Shown piece after piece: positions 28,660 to 38,513 of a stretch of DNA of 64,000 nucleotides. A model generated the notes under the pieces. It was not told where the DNA came from. It ran no database searches and worked only from the letters and a program-made list of their open reading frames with translations. The translations under genes and the position numbers were made by a program. Source of the stretch: an uncultured Thermoplasmata archaeon (GTDB taxonomy: Archaea; Thermoplasmatota; Thermoplasmata; UBA10834); the NCBI GenBank assembly GCA_963719945.1, contig CAVRDX010000001.1:480001-544000 (forward strand). The letters run 5' to 3'. Every line of letters starts with the position of its first letter. The first letter of the stretch is position 1.

Positions 28660-29868
28660 ATGAAGGCCAATAAATCAGATACATTCAATAACGTCAAACG
28701 AGCGGTCCCCAAATCGGAGATAGAATCATTGGTCAAGGACCTGGTGAGGATACCTAGCCATAGTCAGGTACCTACTCGCGAGAAAGAGGTCGCAGAGTTC
28801 CTGCACGAGTTCTTGACAGATGAGGGAATCGATTCCAAGCTCAGAAAGGTCGAGAAGGACCGATATAATGTCATAGCGACGCTCAAGGGGTCAGGAACGG
28901 GAAGCAGTCTAATGCTCAATGGGCATCTGGACACAGTCCCTCCGTATGACATGGACATCCCGCCGTTCACGCCAAAGGTTCAGGGAGGGAAGTTGTACGG
29001 ACGCGGCGCCCTCGATATGAAGGGTGGCTTGGGTGCGATGGCAGCGACCATATTGGCACTGGACCGTGCGAAGATAGGCCTGAAAGGCAATGTCTATCTC
29101 ACGGCGGTCGTGGGCGAAGAGGAACGAAGCGAAGGGACCGAGGATATCGTCATCAGAGGCCCCAAGGCAGACATGGCCATAGTGGGGGAACCTACAGACC
29201 TGGAGATTCAACCGTCCCACAGAGGCCTGGAATGGCTCGAGGTGCACTTCTACGGAAAGGCGGCACATGGTGGACAGGCGGCCCAGGGCGTGAATGCGAT
29301 ATCGATGGCCGCGAGGTTCGTCAATCTACTGGATACTGAACTGTTGCCACGTATTCGCGAGCGGAAGAGTGCTCACACGGACCCGCCAACGCTGAATATT
29401 GGCGTGATTCAGGGGGGTCAGCAACCCAGTTCAGTCGCTGATCATTGCGTGGTGAAGATCGATAGACGATGGACTCCAGAGGAGGACCTCCAACAGGTCT
29501 TCAAGGAGATATACAAGTTGTTCGACGAGCTGAAACGCGATGACCCTCATTTCAAGGCGGAGCTCAAGCGAGACTCGACGAACATGAAGACGATGACGCA
29601 TGTGCCAAACGTCGTCCCAACCGATCATAGGTTGGTCAAATCCCTCAGTGAATCCGTGAAGACGGTCACGGGCAAACCAGCAAAGATGACAAGTTTCTGG
29701 GGATGGACGGATGCGGCTCTCCTGACACATTTCGGAAAGACCCCTGCGGTCATATTCGGTCCTGGAGGGAAAGGCGCACACTCGAGAGTGGAATATGTTC
29801 TCGTCGACGATCTGCAGAAGTGCATGCACGTGTACGCCAAGACCGCCATGGACATGTGTGGCGAGTGA
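28660..29868 (+). CDS. M20 family deacylase (ArgE/DapE-like)
   Basis: NGHLDTVP, GRGALDMKGG, GEE, GEPT, G..AH. Confidence 0.88.
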   Translation: MKANKSDTFNNVKRAVPKSEIESLVKDLVRIPSHSQVPTREKEVAEFLHEFLTDEGIDSKLRKVEKDRYNVIATLKGSGTGSSLMLNGHLDTVPPYDMDIPPFTPKVQGGKLYGRGALDMKGGLGAMAATILALDRAKIGLKGNVYLTAVVGEEERSEGTEDIVIRGPKADMAIVGEPTDLEIQPSHRGLEWLEVHFYGKAAHGGQAAQGVNAISMAARFVNLLDTELLPRIRERKSAHTDPPTLNIGVIQGGQQPSSVADHCVVKIDRRWTPEEDLQQVFKEIYKLFDELKRDDPHFKAELKRDSTNMKTMTHVPNVVPTDHRLVKSLSESVKTVTGKPAKMTSFWGWTDAALLTHFGKTPAVIFGPGGKGAHSRVEYVLVDDLQKCMHVYAKTAMDMCGE

Positions 29869-29871
29869 GGT

Positions 29872-31482
29872 TCAGGATACACGTGGCTTGTGTCTCAATA
29901 CCTGGCCAGCTCGCTCCTTCGTATGATCTCCATCTTGTATGGTGATGAGGCCGTTTACGAATACATGGACTATTCCTTCTGGATACTGATGAGAGTCTTC
30001 GAACGTAGCCTTGTCTCTGATGGATTCTGGGTCGAACACGACGATGTCCGCAGCCATCCCTTTGGCTAGCATTCCCCGGTCATTAAGACCGATCCGCTCA
30101 GCAGGCGATGAGGTCATCTTCCGAATAGCCTCCTCCATCGAGAATAATCCCTGCTCGATGGAATATCGTCTTATGACCCTGGGGAAAGTTCCGTATGATC
30201 GGGGATGCGTCTGCGTGTCTCCCGTCGGACCATAAGGGGCCTCCGACTCGCCATCTGACCCGATGACAGACAGCGGATGGCTGATCACCGTTTTCACATC
30301 ATCTTCGGATATCTCATGGAATATCGCGAAGGAGCCCAACTCTTCTTCGATGAGAATGTCAAGGGCGAGGTTGTCCGGATCGACTTGCAGCTCGGACGCT
30401 GCGTGCGATATCGACCGATTCTCGAACATGCGATACTTCTCACTCTTCAGCCCAATAAGTACTATCCTGTCCCAGCCATCTTCTGCGACTGTGTTCTCCC
30501 ACTCGGTCTCCTTGTTCAGAAAGGCTCGCTTTATCTCGTCCCTCGTCTCGTCATCTCTTAGTCTCTTCAATATGGAATCTTTCCCACCATCTCGGATGGC
30601 TGGAGGAAGGATTGAATCAAGCCAGGTCGAGGACGCAGTGTAGGGATATACGTCGAAAGCGACATCGACTCCCTCTGATCGGGCAGCCTCGATCATAGCT
30701 ATTGTTTTCTCAACCAAGCCCCAGTTATCTATCCCGATCGCCTTGTGATGAGATATCTGGACGCGACTCGCCGCTTCTCGTCCAATCTGGATCGCCTCGG
30801 CCACTGCTCTCACGACAGTTCTGCCTTCTCCGCGTATATGACTCGCGTATAATCCACCCAAGGATGCGGACGTCGATGCAAGGGCTATCAATTCGTCTGT
30901 GGATGCAAAGCATCCAGGGGCATATATGAGGCCGGAGGATATGCCGTAGGCGCCTTCGATCATGGCCTGTGCCAATAATTCGTTCATCTGCCGTAGCTGG
31001 CTCTCTGTCGCCTTGATATCATCCGCTCCGATCACACCAAGCCTGAGCGTCTCCGCTCCTACGAGTGATGCGACATTTACAGAGGTCCTCACATCCGATA
31101 GATGTAGAAGATATTCATCGAATGTCGACCATGTAATGTCTACCCAGAGTTTCTTTGCTTCTTCCACCGCTTGTTTTTTGGCTGCTCCGATCAGAGGTGC
31201 GGCGGAGCCACCACAATTCCCCATCAGCTCTGTGGTCACTCCCTGTCGTATCTTGCTTTCCGCCAGCGGACATCCCAGGAGGTTGATGTCCGAATGAGTG
31301 TGAATGTCTATGAAGCCTGGGCAGACCACGAGACCTTCGGCATCTATGTTCATGGAAGCTTTGCCATCTCCAGGCTTGTATAGCCTGCCTATCCTGAAGC
31401 CATCGATCACGAGATCCATCTTCACGCCCGGCGAACCCGTTCCATCTATGATTGTCCCGTTACGAATGAGGATGTCGTGCAT
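29872..31482 (-). CDS. N-acyl-D-amino-acid deacylase (D-aminoacylase) family amidohydrolase
   Basis: PGFIDIHTHSD, GVTTE.MGNCG, SHIRGE, DVYPY, HPRSYGTFPR. Confidence 0.88.
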   Translation of the reverse strand: MHDILIRNGTIIDGTGSPGVKMDLVIDGFRIGRLYKPGDGKASMNIDAEGLVVCPGFIDIHTHSDINLLGCPLAESKIRQGVTTELMGNCGGSAAPLIGAAKKQAVEEAKKLWVDITWSTFDEYLLHLSDVRTSVNVASLVGAETLRLGVIGADDIKATESQLRQMNELLAQAMIEGAYGISSGLIYAPGCFASTDELIALASTSASLGGLYASHIRGEGRTVVRAVAEAIQIGREAASRVQISHHKAIGIDNWGLVEKTIAMIEAARSEGVDVAFDVYPYTASSTWLDSILPPAIRDGGKDSILKRLRDDETRDEIKRAFLNKETEWENTVAEDGWDRIVLIGLKSEKYRMFENRSISHAASELQVDPDNLALDILIEEELGSFAIFHEISEDDVKTVISHPLSVIGSDGESEAPYGPTGDTQTHPRSYGTFPRVIRRYSIEQGLFSMEEAIRKMTSSPAERIGLNDRGMLAKGMAADIVVFDPESIRDKATFEDSHQYPEGIVHVFVNGLITIQDGDHTKERAGQVLRHKPRVS

Positions 31483-31608
31483 TAGAAGCCTCCAAGGATC
31501 TCTCTCGAGGGGGAGAGTATCTCCATATTCTATGTCATTTTGGGCTGATTATTTAACATTATGTCGCGCTGACAAGGATTATATCGTATCTGCACATTAA
31601 TCGAAGCG

Positions 31609-32469
31609 ATGAAGTACGAGTTCCGTTTTGAGAAATATCAGGGCTGTGGGAATGATTTCATCCTTAAGGATGAGATGGATGATGACAGAATTCCTGATGA
31701 TCACAGAAGCGAGATGGCAAAGTTCCTTTGGGATAGGCATTTCTGGGTAGGCGCGGATGGAGTCCTATTCGTCGAGAAAGCTCCTGGAGTCGACGGATCG
31801 ATGCGCCTCTTCGAGCCTGCCGGGAACGAGGCCGATATGTGTGGGAACGGACTCAGATGCGTGGCCGCTTTCCTGATGGAGAAGCTTGGCAAGAATACGG
31901 TAGACGTCCTCACGAAGGATGGAGTCAAGCATGTCGAACGCACGCCAGAGGGAATCAGGGTGGATATGGGATTGGTGAGGACCCTCCGGAAGGACTTGGA
32001 TCAGTATATCACAGATAAAGGCGGACCTGAAGACTCCATGATGTCTATCGCCCTGTCCATCGGGGATTCCACTGTAACGGCATCGCTGATCAATACTGGC
32101 GAGCCGCATATGATAATCTTCACCGACGACATAGATGCGGTCCCAATGGTGAATATCGGGACACATGTCAATAAAGACAGAGCACGATTCCCAAAGGGGA
32201 TGAACATCAACTATGTCCAGATCACGGGGCCTCATGACATAAGCGTGAGGACTTACGAACGAGGAGTCTACAACGAGAGCATGGCCTGTGGCACGGGATC
32301 GACGGCATGTGCAGCGGCCTCACTGATGCTAGATAAGATACAGCCTGGAGCCGTCAACGTCAAGACTCTAGGCGGCATGCTCGTCATAGAAGTAGATGAA
32401 AATGCGAGAGCGGTCATGACCGGTCCCGCAGAGAAAGCGTTTGAAGGGAAACTGACGGTCGAGGTATGA
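31609..32469 (+). CDS. DapF-fold epimerase/racemase with an altered distal substrate pocket
   Basis: GNDF, catalytic MCGNG and ACGTG, YERG; but RLFEP and GEPH where DapF normally has RIFN and GNPH. Confidence 0.85.
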   Translation: MKYEFRFEKYQGCGNDFILKDEMDDDRIPDDHRSEMAKFLWDRHFWVGADGVLFVEKAPGVDGSMRLFEPAGNEADMCGNGLRCVAAFLMEKLGKNTVDVLTKDGVKHVERTPEGIRVDMGLVRTLRKDLDQYITDKGGPEDSMMSIALSIGDSTVTASLINTGEPHMIIFTDDIDAVPMVNIGTHVNKDRARFPKGMNINYVQITGPHDISVRTYERGVYNESMACGTGSTACAAASLMLDKIQPGAVNVKTLGGMLVIEVDENARAVMTGPAEKAFEGKLTVEV

Positions 32470-32504
32470 TGGATAACTGGCATCCTCGAACCGTGTTTCT
32501 TTGA

Positions 32505-33881
32505 TCACTTCGCGGACTTCATCTTCTTGAGGACTTCCTCTGCAGCCTTGAGCGTGTTATCTATGTCCTTATCGGTATGCTCAGTGCATGTATAGAACGG
32601 CTTGTCCGGATGGAAGTGCATGCCCCGTGCCAGCAGACCGTAATCGAACTGCTTCCGCGCGGTTTCATCCATCTTGAGGGTATGCCTGTAATCGCGGATA
32701 TCGTCCAGCTTCTGGCCCTCCTTCCCGAACAGAACATTGAACGTCGATCCCGGACCCAGGGCTTTCGCATTGAATCCAAGCCTCTGGAACAGGTCGTTCA
32801 ATCCATCCTGGAACTTGTCCGTGATCCTCATGAGGTATGGATAGGTCTCTGGCTGCTCCAGTATATCCATTGTCGCCATGCCTGCGGCCAATACCGTCGG
32901 GTGTCCGTTGAATGTACCTCCATGGAAGACTCGATTGTCCTTTGCGCGGGTGACAGGGTTCACGACATCCATTATCTCCTCTTGTCCCAGGAACGCGCCA
33001 CACGGGAATCCGCCGCCGATGATCTTTCCGAGGCACATCAAGTCCGGAGTTATCCCGACCATGGTCTGTGCCCCACCGAGCTTATCCATCCTGAACCCGG
33101 ACATTACCTCGTCGAATATGAGGATGATATCGAGCTCCGTGGTGGTCTCCCTGACGGCCTTCAGGAACTCAGGTTCCCCTTCGATGAAGCCACGCTGTAC
33201 GGGCTCCATGATAACCGCTGCCAGGTCGTTCTTGTGGGCTTTCAGGAGCCGAATCGTGTCGTGGATATCGTTGAATGGGAGCACCTGCGTGCTCTGAAGC
33301 GTGTATTCTGATGTCCCCAGGGAACATGCGACGGCCTGAGGCGCGGCTTCGGGCCCTGCGACCTCTTCGCTCGGGGTCAGGCTCACTAGAGCCTCATCGT
33401 AGCATCCATGATAATGCCCCTCGAACTTAGCAATCCTGTTCCTCTTTTTGTATCCCCTAGAAACTCTAAGGGCGTGGAGCGTCGCCTCAAGTCCTGAATT
33501 GGTGAAGCGAACATATTCCGCGCATGGGAATATCTTTTCCAGACGCTGAGCCATCTTTGCTTCCATCTCGTGTGGAGCGCCGAATATCGCAGTTCCATCA
33601 GTGTCCAGCTGCTTCTTGATGGCCTCATGGACCTTTGGATGTCCGTGGCCGAGGATCATGGGCCCGAAGCATAGCATGTAGTCGATGTATTCGTTCCCGT
33701 CCAGGTCCCATATGTGGGATCCCTTGGCCTTGTTTGCATAGACAGGGTATGGCGGGTAGTACTTGACGTTCCCCGTCACGCCTCCTGGCAGGTACTCCTT
33801 CGCGAATTCGAACCATTTGGCGCTCTTCTGCGTTTTAGCCTTGTATTCAGCCACCGCGTCGTATGGTGTCATTTCAATCAC
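32505..33881 (-). CDS. class III PLP aminotransferase (GSAM-like; candidate beta-aminoacyl-CoA transaminase)
   Basis: DLDGNEYID, RFTNSG.EA, FEGHYHG, IFDEVMSGFR, GKIIGGG, GTFNGHP. Confidence 0.88.
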   Translation of the reverse strand: MIEMTPYDAVAEYKAKTQKSAKWFEFAKEYLPGGVTGNVKYYPPYPVYANKAKGSHIWDLDGNEYIDYMLCFGPMILGHGHPKVHEAIKKQLDTDGTAIFGAPHEMEAKMAQRLEKIFPCAEYVRFTNSGLEATLHALRVSRGYKKRNRIAKFEGHYHGCYDEALVSLTPSEEVAGPEAAPQAVACSLGTSEYTLQSTQVLPFNDIHDTIRLLKAHKNDLAAVIMEPVQRGFIEGEPEFLKAVRETTTELDIILIFDEVMSGFRMDKLGGAQTMVGITPDLMCLGKIIGGGFPCGAFLGQEEIMDVVNPVTRAKDNRVFHGGTFNGHPTVLAAGMATMDILEQPETYPYLMRITDKFQDGLNDLFQRLGFNAKALGPGSTFNVLFGKEGQKLDDIRDYRHTLKMDETARKQFDYGLLARGMHFHPDKPFYTCTEHTDKDIDNTLKAAEEVLKKMKSAK

Positions 33882-34645
33882 CCGAGGTATATCTTCTCTG
33901 GATCGAGCGCTCTGAGCGTGGAGATCTCCTTCTCGGTCGGTGGAGGGGTATTCTCCAGCTTAGGCGAGACCTTCAGATCCCATGGAGTGTTCTCCTTTAC
34001 CTTCTCCACAGTAGCTCCTGGGTGCAGGGACACCAGAGTCATCTCTCCAGTGACCTCATCGAACTTCATCGTGCCCAGGTTTGTTACGACGGCATATGGG
34101 CCGCCGCCCTGAAGCCCGAGCTTCTTCCAGGCTTCTTTTCCGTCCATGAATCCAGGACTGGTCTTGAAATCGACCTTCTCCACGAATCTGCGCTTCTCAT
34201 GTGGAGTTATCACTATGATCTTCTTGACGTTCGAGGCAATGTCACAAGCGCCACCGCTTCCAGGCAGTCTTACCTTAGGCGTCTTGTACTTGCCGATTAT
34301 CGTGGAGTTGATGTTGCCATATTTGTCGATCTGCGCCCCTCCGAGGAATCCAACATCAATCCTGCCGCCTTGAAGATAGTATGCGAACTGTTCGTACATC
34401 GAGCATACACTCTTCGCGCCGGTGACGAGGCATGGGTCCCCTATGGACAAAGGCATCCTGCTAGGGTTGGAACCGACTGCTCCGGACTCGTATACCATGT
34501 TGAGTCCGGGTGCCTGCAACTTCTTCGCGAGGTTGGCTGCCAGGTTGGGTATTCCCACACCGACCAGGACAGATTCTCCGTCCTTGAGTTCCCTCGCAGC
34601 GACTATGACCATCAGCTCACTTGGTGAAACTTCTGTCATCTTCAT
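33878..34645 (-). CDS. family I CoA-transferase beta subunit (GctB-like)
   Basis: VGVGIP, YESG (catalytic Glu), FLGGAQIDKYGNINST, LPGSGGA. Confidence 0.9.
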   Translation of the reverse strand: MKMTEVSPSELMVIVAARELKDGESVLVGVGIPNLAANLAKKLQAPGLNMVYESGAVGSNPSRMPLSIGDPCLVTGAKSVCSMYEQFAYYLQGGRIDVGFLGGAQIDKYGNINSTIIGKYKTPKVRLPGSGGACDIASNVKKIIVITPHEKRRFVEKVDFKTSPGFMDGKEAWKKLGLQGGGPYAVVTNLGTMKFDEVTGEMTLVSLHPGATVEKVKENTPWDLKVSPKLENTPPPTEKEISTLRALDPEKIYLG

Positions 34646-34652
34646 GACCTCC

Positions 34653-35570
34653 TCATACACTCCCATAATTCACAGGGGCACTGTAAGCTGCCTTCGGAAG
34701 GAGCTTCAATACCTTCTCTGACGAGAGCTTCTTCATGTATGCCGCACGGTCCTCCACTCCATATACCCACTCATCGAGGTACTTCATGGTCGTCTCGTGC
34801 TCCTTCGTTACATCATCCCATTGCATGTAGAACTCGTTATCCCTGTCGTAATATCCCTGGGTATAGGAGGGATGCGCACACCATGGCTCGCAGACCACCG
34901 CATGAGAGATGAAATCAGGTATCAAGGTCCTGTTCGGATCGGACCGGATGACCGACTCATCAACTATCTCCTCACAGCTTATGATGACCTTCTTGGCAGC
35001 GAACGCTGCATCCTTCTGTTCGCCAGTTATGCCCCAGATGTGACAGTTGCCCATAGCATCTGCCCTCTGGACATGCACGACGGCGACATCAGGGTTCAAG
35101 GGTGGCACGATGGATACCTCCTCGCCAGTGTACGGGTTGTTGATGGTCTTCATCAACGGGTTCTCTGGTGGCAGGTCCGAGCCGAGATTGGTCCTCATCG
35201 GGAGGAACGGCATCTTGGTGGCTCCCGCAAACAATCTTCCCGAGAGCCCGAAATGTGTGTACTCCTCAATCTCGATTGGATTTGGAACGCCCTTCTCAAG
35301 AGCCCTTCTGAAGCATCTTAGAGAGCCAACGCCAGGGTTCCCAGCGTAGCTGAACATCATCTTCTTGGCGCAGCCAGCTGCGATCATCTGGTCATAGATG
35401 ATGTCCGGCGTAGCTCTGCACAAGGTGAGGTCTTTGCGCTTCTGCCTGATGATCTCATGTCCTGCAGCGAACGGGATCATGTGAGTGAATCCCGCCAGGT
35501 ACACGGTGTCCCCGTCCTTGACGAACTTTGACACCGCTTCCTTCATTGTCATCGATTTCGTCGAATCCAT
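34653..35570 (-). CDS. family I CoA-transferase alpha subunit (GctA-like)
   Basis: EAVSKFVKDGD, GFTH.IPFA, PDVAVVHVQRAD..GN, AHPS....YYDRD. Confidence 0.9.
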   Translation of the reverse strand: MDSTKSMTMKEAVSKFVKDGDTVYLAGFTHMIPFAAGHEIIRQKRKDLTLCRATPDIIYDQMIAAGCAKKMMFSYAGNPGVGSLRCFRRALEKGVPNPIEIEEYTHFGLSGRLFAGATKMPFLPMRTNLGSDLPPENPLMKTINNPYTGEEVSIVPPLNPDVAVVHVQRADAMGNCHIWGITGEQKDAAFAAKKVIISCEEIVDESVIRSDPNRTLIPDFISHAVVCEPWCAHPSYTQGYYDRDNEFYMQWDDVTKEHETTMKYLDEWVYGVEDRAAYMKKLSSEKVLKLLPKAAYSAPVNYGSV

Positions 35571-35571
35571 A

Positions 35572-35997
35572 TCAGTTCCCCTCCAAATCGGGTGTGAACT
35601 TGAAACCATATCGGATTACGCCTTCTTCGACATAGACCTTCTTCAACTCCGCTTTGACGGGCATATCGAACTTGACCTCTTTCGGGTTGACATCGCTCAT
35701 CTGGCCTATGACCTTGGGGCCTTCCTCTAGCTCAACGATGGCGACAGGATATGACCCGCCGGACCTCATCTGTTCAGCGAACTCCGGAGGAGCGCCACCA
35801 GCGCCGATCAGAACGAAGGTGTGTATCTTGCCCTTTCCGCTGAGTTGGATTTCATCGAACTCGGACGAGGCGTTGCAGTACTTGCACACACCCTTCGGGG
35901 GGAAGTTGACGGCCCCGCACTTCTTGCACTTCTGGCCGACCATCTTGTATCTCTGGGGTATTGTCCTCCAATACATCGGGACTGAAACATGTGCCAT
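35572..35997 (-). CDS. DUF35 Zn-ribbon/OB-fold thiolase partner
   Basis: WR..PQRY...G.KCKKCG...FPP...CKYC, IRYGFKF. Confidence 0.92.
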   Translation of the reverse strand: MAHVSVPMYWRTIPQRYKMVGQKCKKCGAVNFPPKGVCKYCNASSEFDEIQLSGKGKIHTFVLIGAGGAPPEFAEQMRSGGSYPVAIVELEEGPKVIGQMSDVNPKEVKFDMPVKAELKKVYVEEGVIRYGFKFTPDLEGN

Positions 35998-36008
35998 ATC
36001 TGTTCACC

Positions 36009-37025
36009 TCACTTTAGGGCTCCCTTGAGTTTGAGGTATTGGATGTAATCGATGTACTCCTTCTTCTCAAGCTGAGCCTTCAGACTCGGATTTGCTTTCC
36101 TCTCGCCTACCACTTTGAAGCTCATTGCATCGCTACCGGCGCCAGAGCCATAGGAGACTACCATGATCCTGTCACCGACTTTTGCAGATTCGAGCGCGGA
36201 CACCAATCCAACCGGAGTCGACGCCGCTCCCAGGTCTCCCATTGTAGCGGAAACCATGCTGGATGCGAGCTTCGCAGGATCGATTGTCAGTTTTCCAGCG
36301 ACTGATGCCGGGGCCTTCGCATCAGCCTGATGAATAACCACATGGGCATAATCCTCGGGTTTGGAGCCAAGCTTCTTCATCAGCGAAGAGCAGGCCTTTG
36401 TCGTTGTGGAAACAAATGCAGATGCTGAGAACTTCTTTACACCCAAATCTTGGATCATGTCCTCGTTGGATGGTCTGAAGCGCTCACCGAAATGCTCCAT
36501 GGCATAGGATGCAGAACCCTCGAATTCCGCCATCAGGTTCTCCGAAGACAGAACGAAACCAGCAGCACCTGCGCCGAGGCCATGCTCCGTCGAATCCCAC
36601 ATGCTCGCCTTTGGCGCGTCACAAGCAGCAACGACCGCTACACCACTCGGATTCGCCTTGAGATGCTCGAAGGCAGATATCAACGCCTCCGTCCCTGCGC
36701 GCGTTGAGGAAGTATGGTCGCTGCAGAATGCAGAGTTCGGCATGCCGACATTTACGATAACTGTGCCAGACAACATCTTCTCTAGGTACGGTGCGGATGT
36801 CGATGCGAATGCGAACCTCGACACCTTATCTGCCGTCATCGGTACGGATGCCAGGGCACTTTTCGAGACCTTCGCAGCGGCTGTGAGGACGTCCTCATCA
36901 AAGCTCATCACCGACTTCTCGGCCACTCCTGGCGCCTGGAATGATCCCCATACCTTTGCATAATCTTCCTTCTTGATCCTGAGCCGTGGGACATATACCC
37001 CATATCCAGATATTCCAACTGCCAT
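36009..37025 (-). CDS. HMG-CoA synthase-like protein lacking the catalytic Cys/Glu (scaffold, PhlA-like)
   Basis: GYGVYVPRLRI, DEDVLT, SYGSGAGSDA fold motifs; ASTSAPY instead of GSES.PY and DHTSSTRAG instead of FACKAG. Confidence 0.8.
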   Translation of the reverse strand: MAVGISGYGVYVPRLRIKKEDYAKVWGSFQAPGVAEKSVMSFDEDVLTAAAKVSKSALASVPMTADKVSRFAFASTSAPYLEKMLSGTVIVNVGMPNSAFCSDHTSSTRAGTEALISAFEHLKANPSGVAVVAACDAPKASMWDSTEHGLGAGAAGFVLSSENLMAEFEGSASYAMEHFGERFRPSNEDMIQDLGVKKFSASAFVSTTTKACSSLMKKLGSKPEDYAHVVIHQADAKAPASVAGKLTIDPAKLASSMVSATMGDLGAASTPVGLVSALESAKVGDRIMVVSYGSGAGSDAMSFKVVGERKANPSLKAQLEKKEYIDYIQYLKLKGALK

Positions 37026-37031
37026 CCAGAA

Positions 37032-38198
37032 TCACCTCTCCATAATAGACACGGAAACTGTGCCGCCGGACCCACCGACATTATGTATGAGCCCTCTCTC
37101 AGCGTTCTTGACCTGACGGACGGGTTTGTTGACCTGTCCACGCAGCTGGTTGAACATCTCATATGCCTGACCGGTCCCGGTGGAGCCGATCGGGTGCCCC
37201 TTGGATTTGAGTCCTCCGCTCGGGTTGATGGGCATATCCCCTCCAATCTGAGTATGCCCCTCCTCGATGAACTGACCTGCCTTCCCCTTCTCGCAGAATC
37301 CGAGATCCTCGGTTGCTAGAAGTTCGGCAATAGTGAAGCAGTCATGGACTTCAGCCAAGTTCATGTCCTTCGCTGTCCTGCCTGCCATCTTATATGCCTG
37401 ATCAGCAGCCCTTCTGCTGCCCTCGAGCGTGACTGTCCTTACCCTGTCATGTATTGCTAGGTAGTCACTCGATGTGCCGAAACCGGTGACATATATCGGA
37501 GTGTCCGTGAACTGCTTAGCGATCTCAGCATCGCATACCAGGACCGATGATGCGCCATCCGTAGTCGAGCAACAGTCGAACAGATTCAGAGGATATGCTA
37601 CGATCGGGGCCTTCATGGCCTGTTCCAAGGTAATCTCTCGTTGGAATTGAGCCTTGGGGTTCTGAGCCCCGTTCTTGTGGTTCTTCAATGCCACCATTGA
37701 TAGATGCTCCCTCTTGGTGCCGAACTCATGCATATGCCTGTGGGCTATGAGCGCGTAAAGACCCGCAAATGTAGTTCCAGCGAGCCTCTCGTATTCAGTG
37801 TCTCCAGACACGCCAAGCCAATACTTCTGCTTCATTCCAGAAACATCGGTCATCTTCTCGACGCCACCTGCTATGACCATCTTGTGGGCGCCTGAAAGAA
37901 CATCCATTATCGCGGCAACCAATGCATAACCACCGGATCCGCATGCGTTTTCAATCCTTACAGTGTGTATGTAGGGCAGTCCCGCGTACTCTGCGACAAG
38001 TGCCGACATGTTACCCAGCTGGAATCCACCGGACCCAAGGTTGCCAATGTATGCACCTTCGATCAGCTTCGGGTCGTAATTCTTGTCCACACTCGAAGCC
38101 ATGTCCTTGTACGCTTCAAAGAACAGTTCCTTTATTCCCTTCTCGGGAAATTCGCCGTACTTGCTCTGCCCTGCTCCGACAATCGCTACTTTCCTCAT
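37032..38198 (-). CDS. archaeal/SCP2-type thiolase
   Basis: ENACGSG, EVHDCFTIAE, NPSGGLKSKGHPIG.TG, HNVGGSG. Confidence 0.92.
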   Translation of the reverse strand: MRKVAIVGAGQSKYGEFPEKGIKELFFEAYKDMASSVDKNYDPKLIEGAYIGNLGSGGFQLGNMSALVAEYAGLPYIHTVRIENACGSGGYALVAAIMDVLSGAHKMVIAGGVEKMTDVSGMKQKYWLGVSGDTEYERLAGTTFAGLYALIAHRHMHEFGTKREHLSMVALKNHKNGAQNPKAQFQREITLEQAMKAPIVAYPLNLFDCCSTTDGASSVLVCDAEIAKQFTDTPIYVTGFGTSSDYLAIHDRVRTVTLEGSRRAADQAYKMAGRTAKDMNLAEVHDCFTIAELLATEDLGFCEKGKAGQFIEEGHTQIGGDMPINPSGGLKSKGHPIGSTGTGQAYEMFNQLRGQVNKPVRQVKNAERGLIHNVGGSGGTVSVSIMER

Positions 38199-38396
38199 AT
38201 TAGGTCCCTCGCATCGCTCGCCACAACCTGCCACACGCACGAAGTCGTGCGACGGTCGTCAGCAGCCATTCTGCGAGTCTGGTATGGCAATTTTTCGAAA
38301 CACGAATCCGCCTATATAACCATTGGTGATTAACACACATCTCTGGACCGTTTTAGACAGCGTATTACGAATCCGTGTTATCGGTCACGGTCATTT

Positions 38397-38420
38397 GTTC
38401 CCTTTTTCGTAGTTTATAAA
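38397..38420 (+). promoter_or_regulatory. candidate Lrp-type operator GTTCCCTTTTTCGTAG abutting the kamA TATA box TTTATAAA
   Basis: 13/16 match to GTTCCTATTTTCGTAC upstream of the Lrp gene at 48384-48399. Confidence 0.5.
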
Positions 38421-38513
38421 CGACAGTTCGTAACAAGTTCGACGATAGCCTGAGCAGATGATAAATACGCAGTCTAATATTTAGTCAATCGAACATCTGA
38501 TGAGGTATTGCGC

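Noticed and set aside
32505-33881. hemL (tetrapyrrole synthesis)
   Set aside because: No hem genes nearby; translationally coupled to a CoA-transferase; GSAM-like fold only
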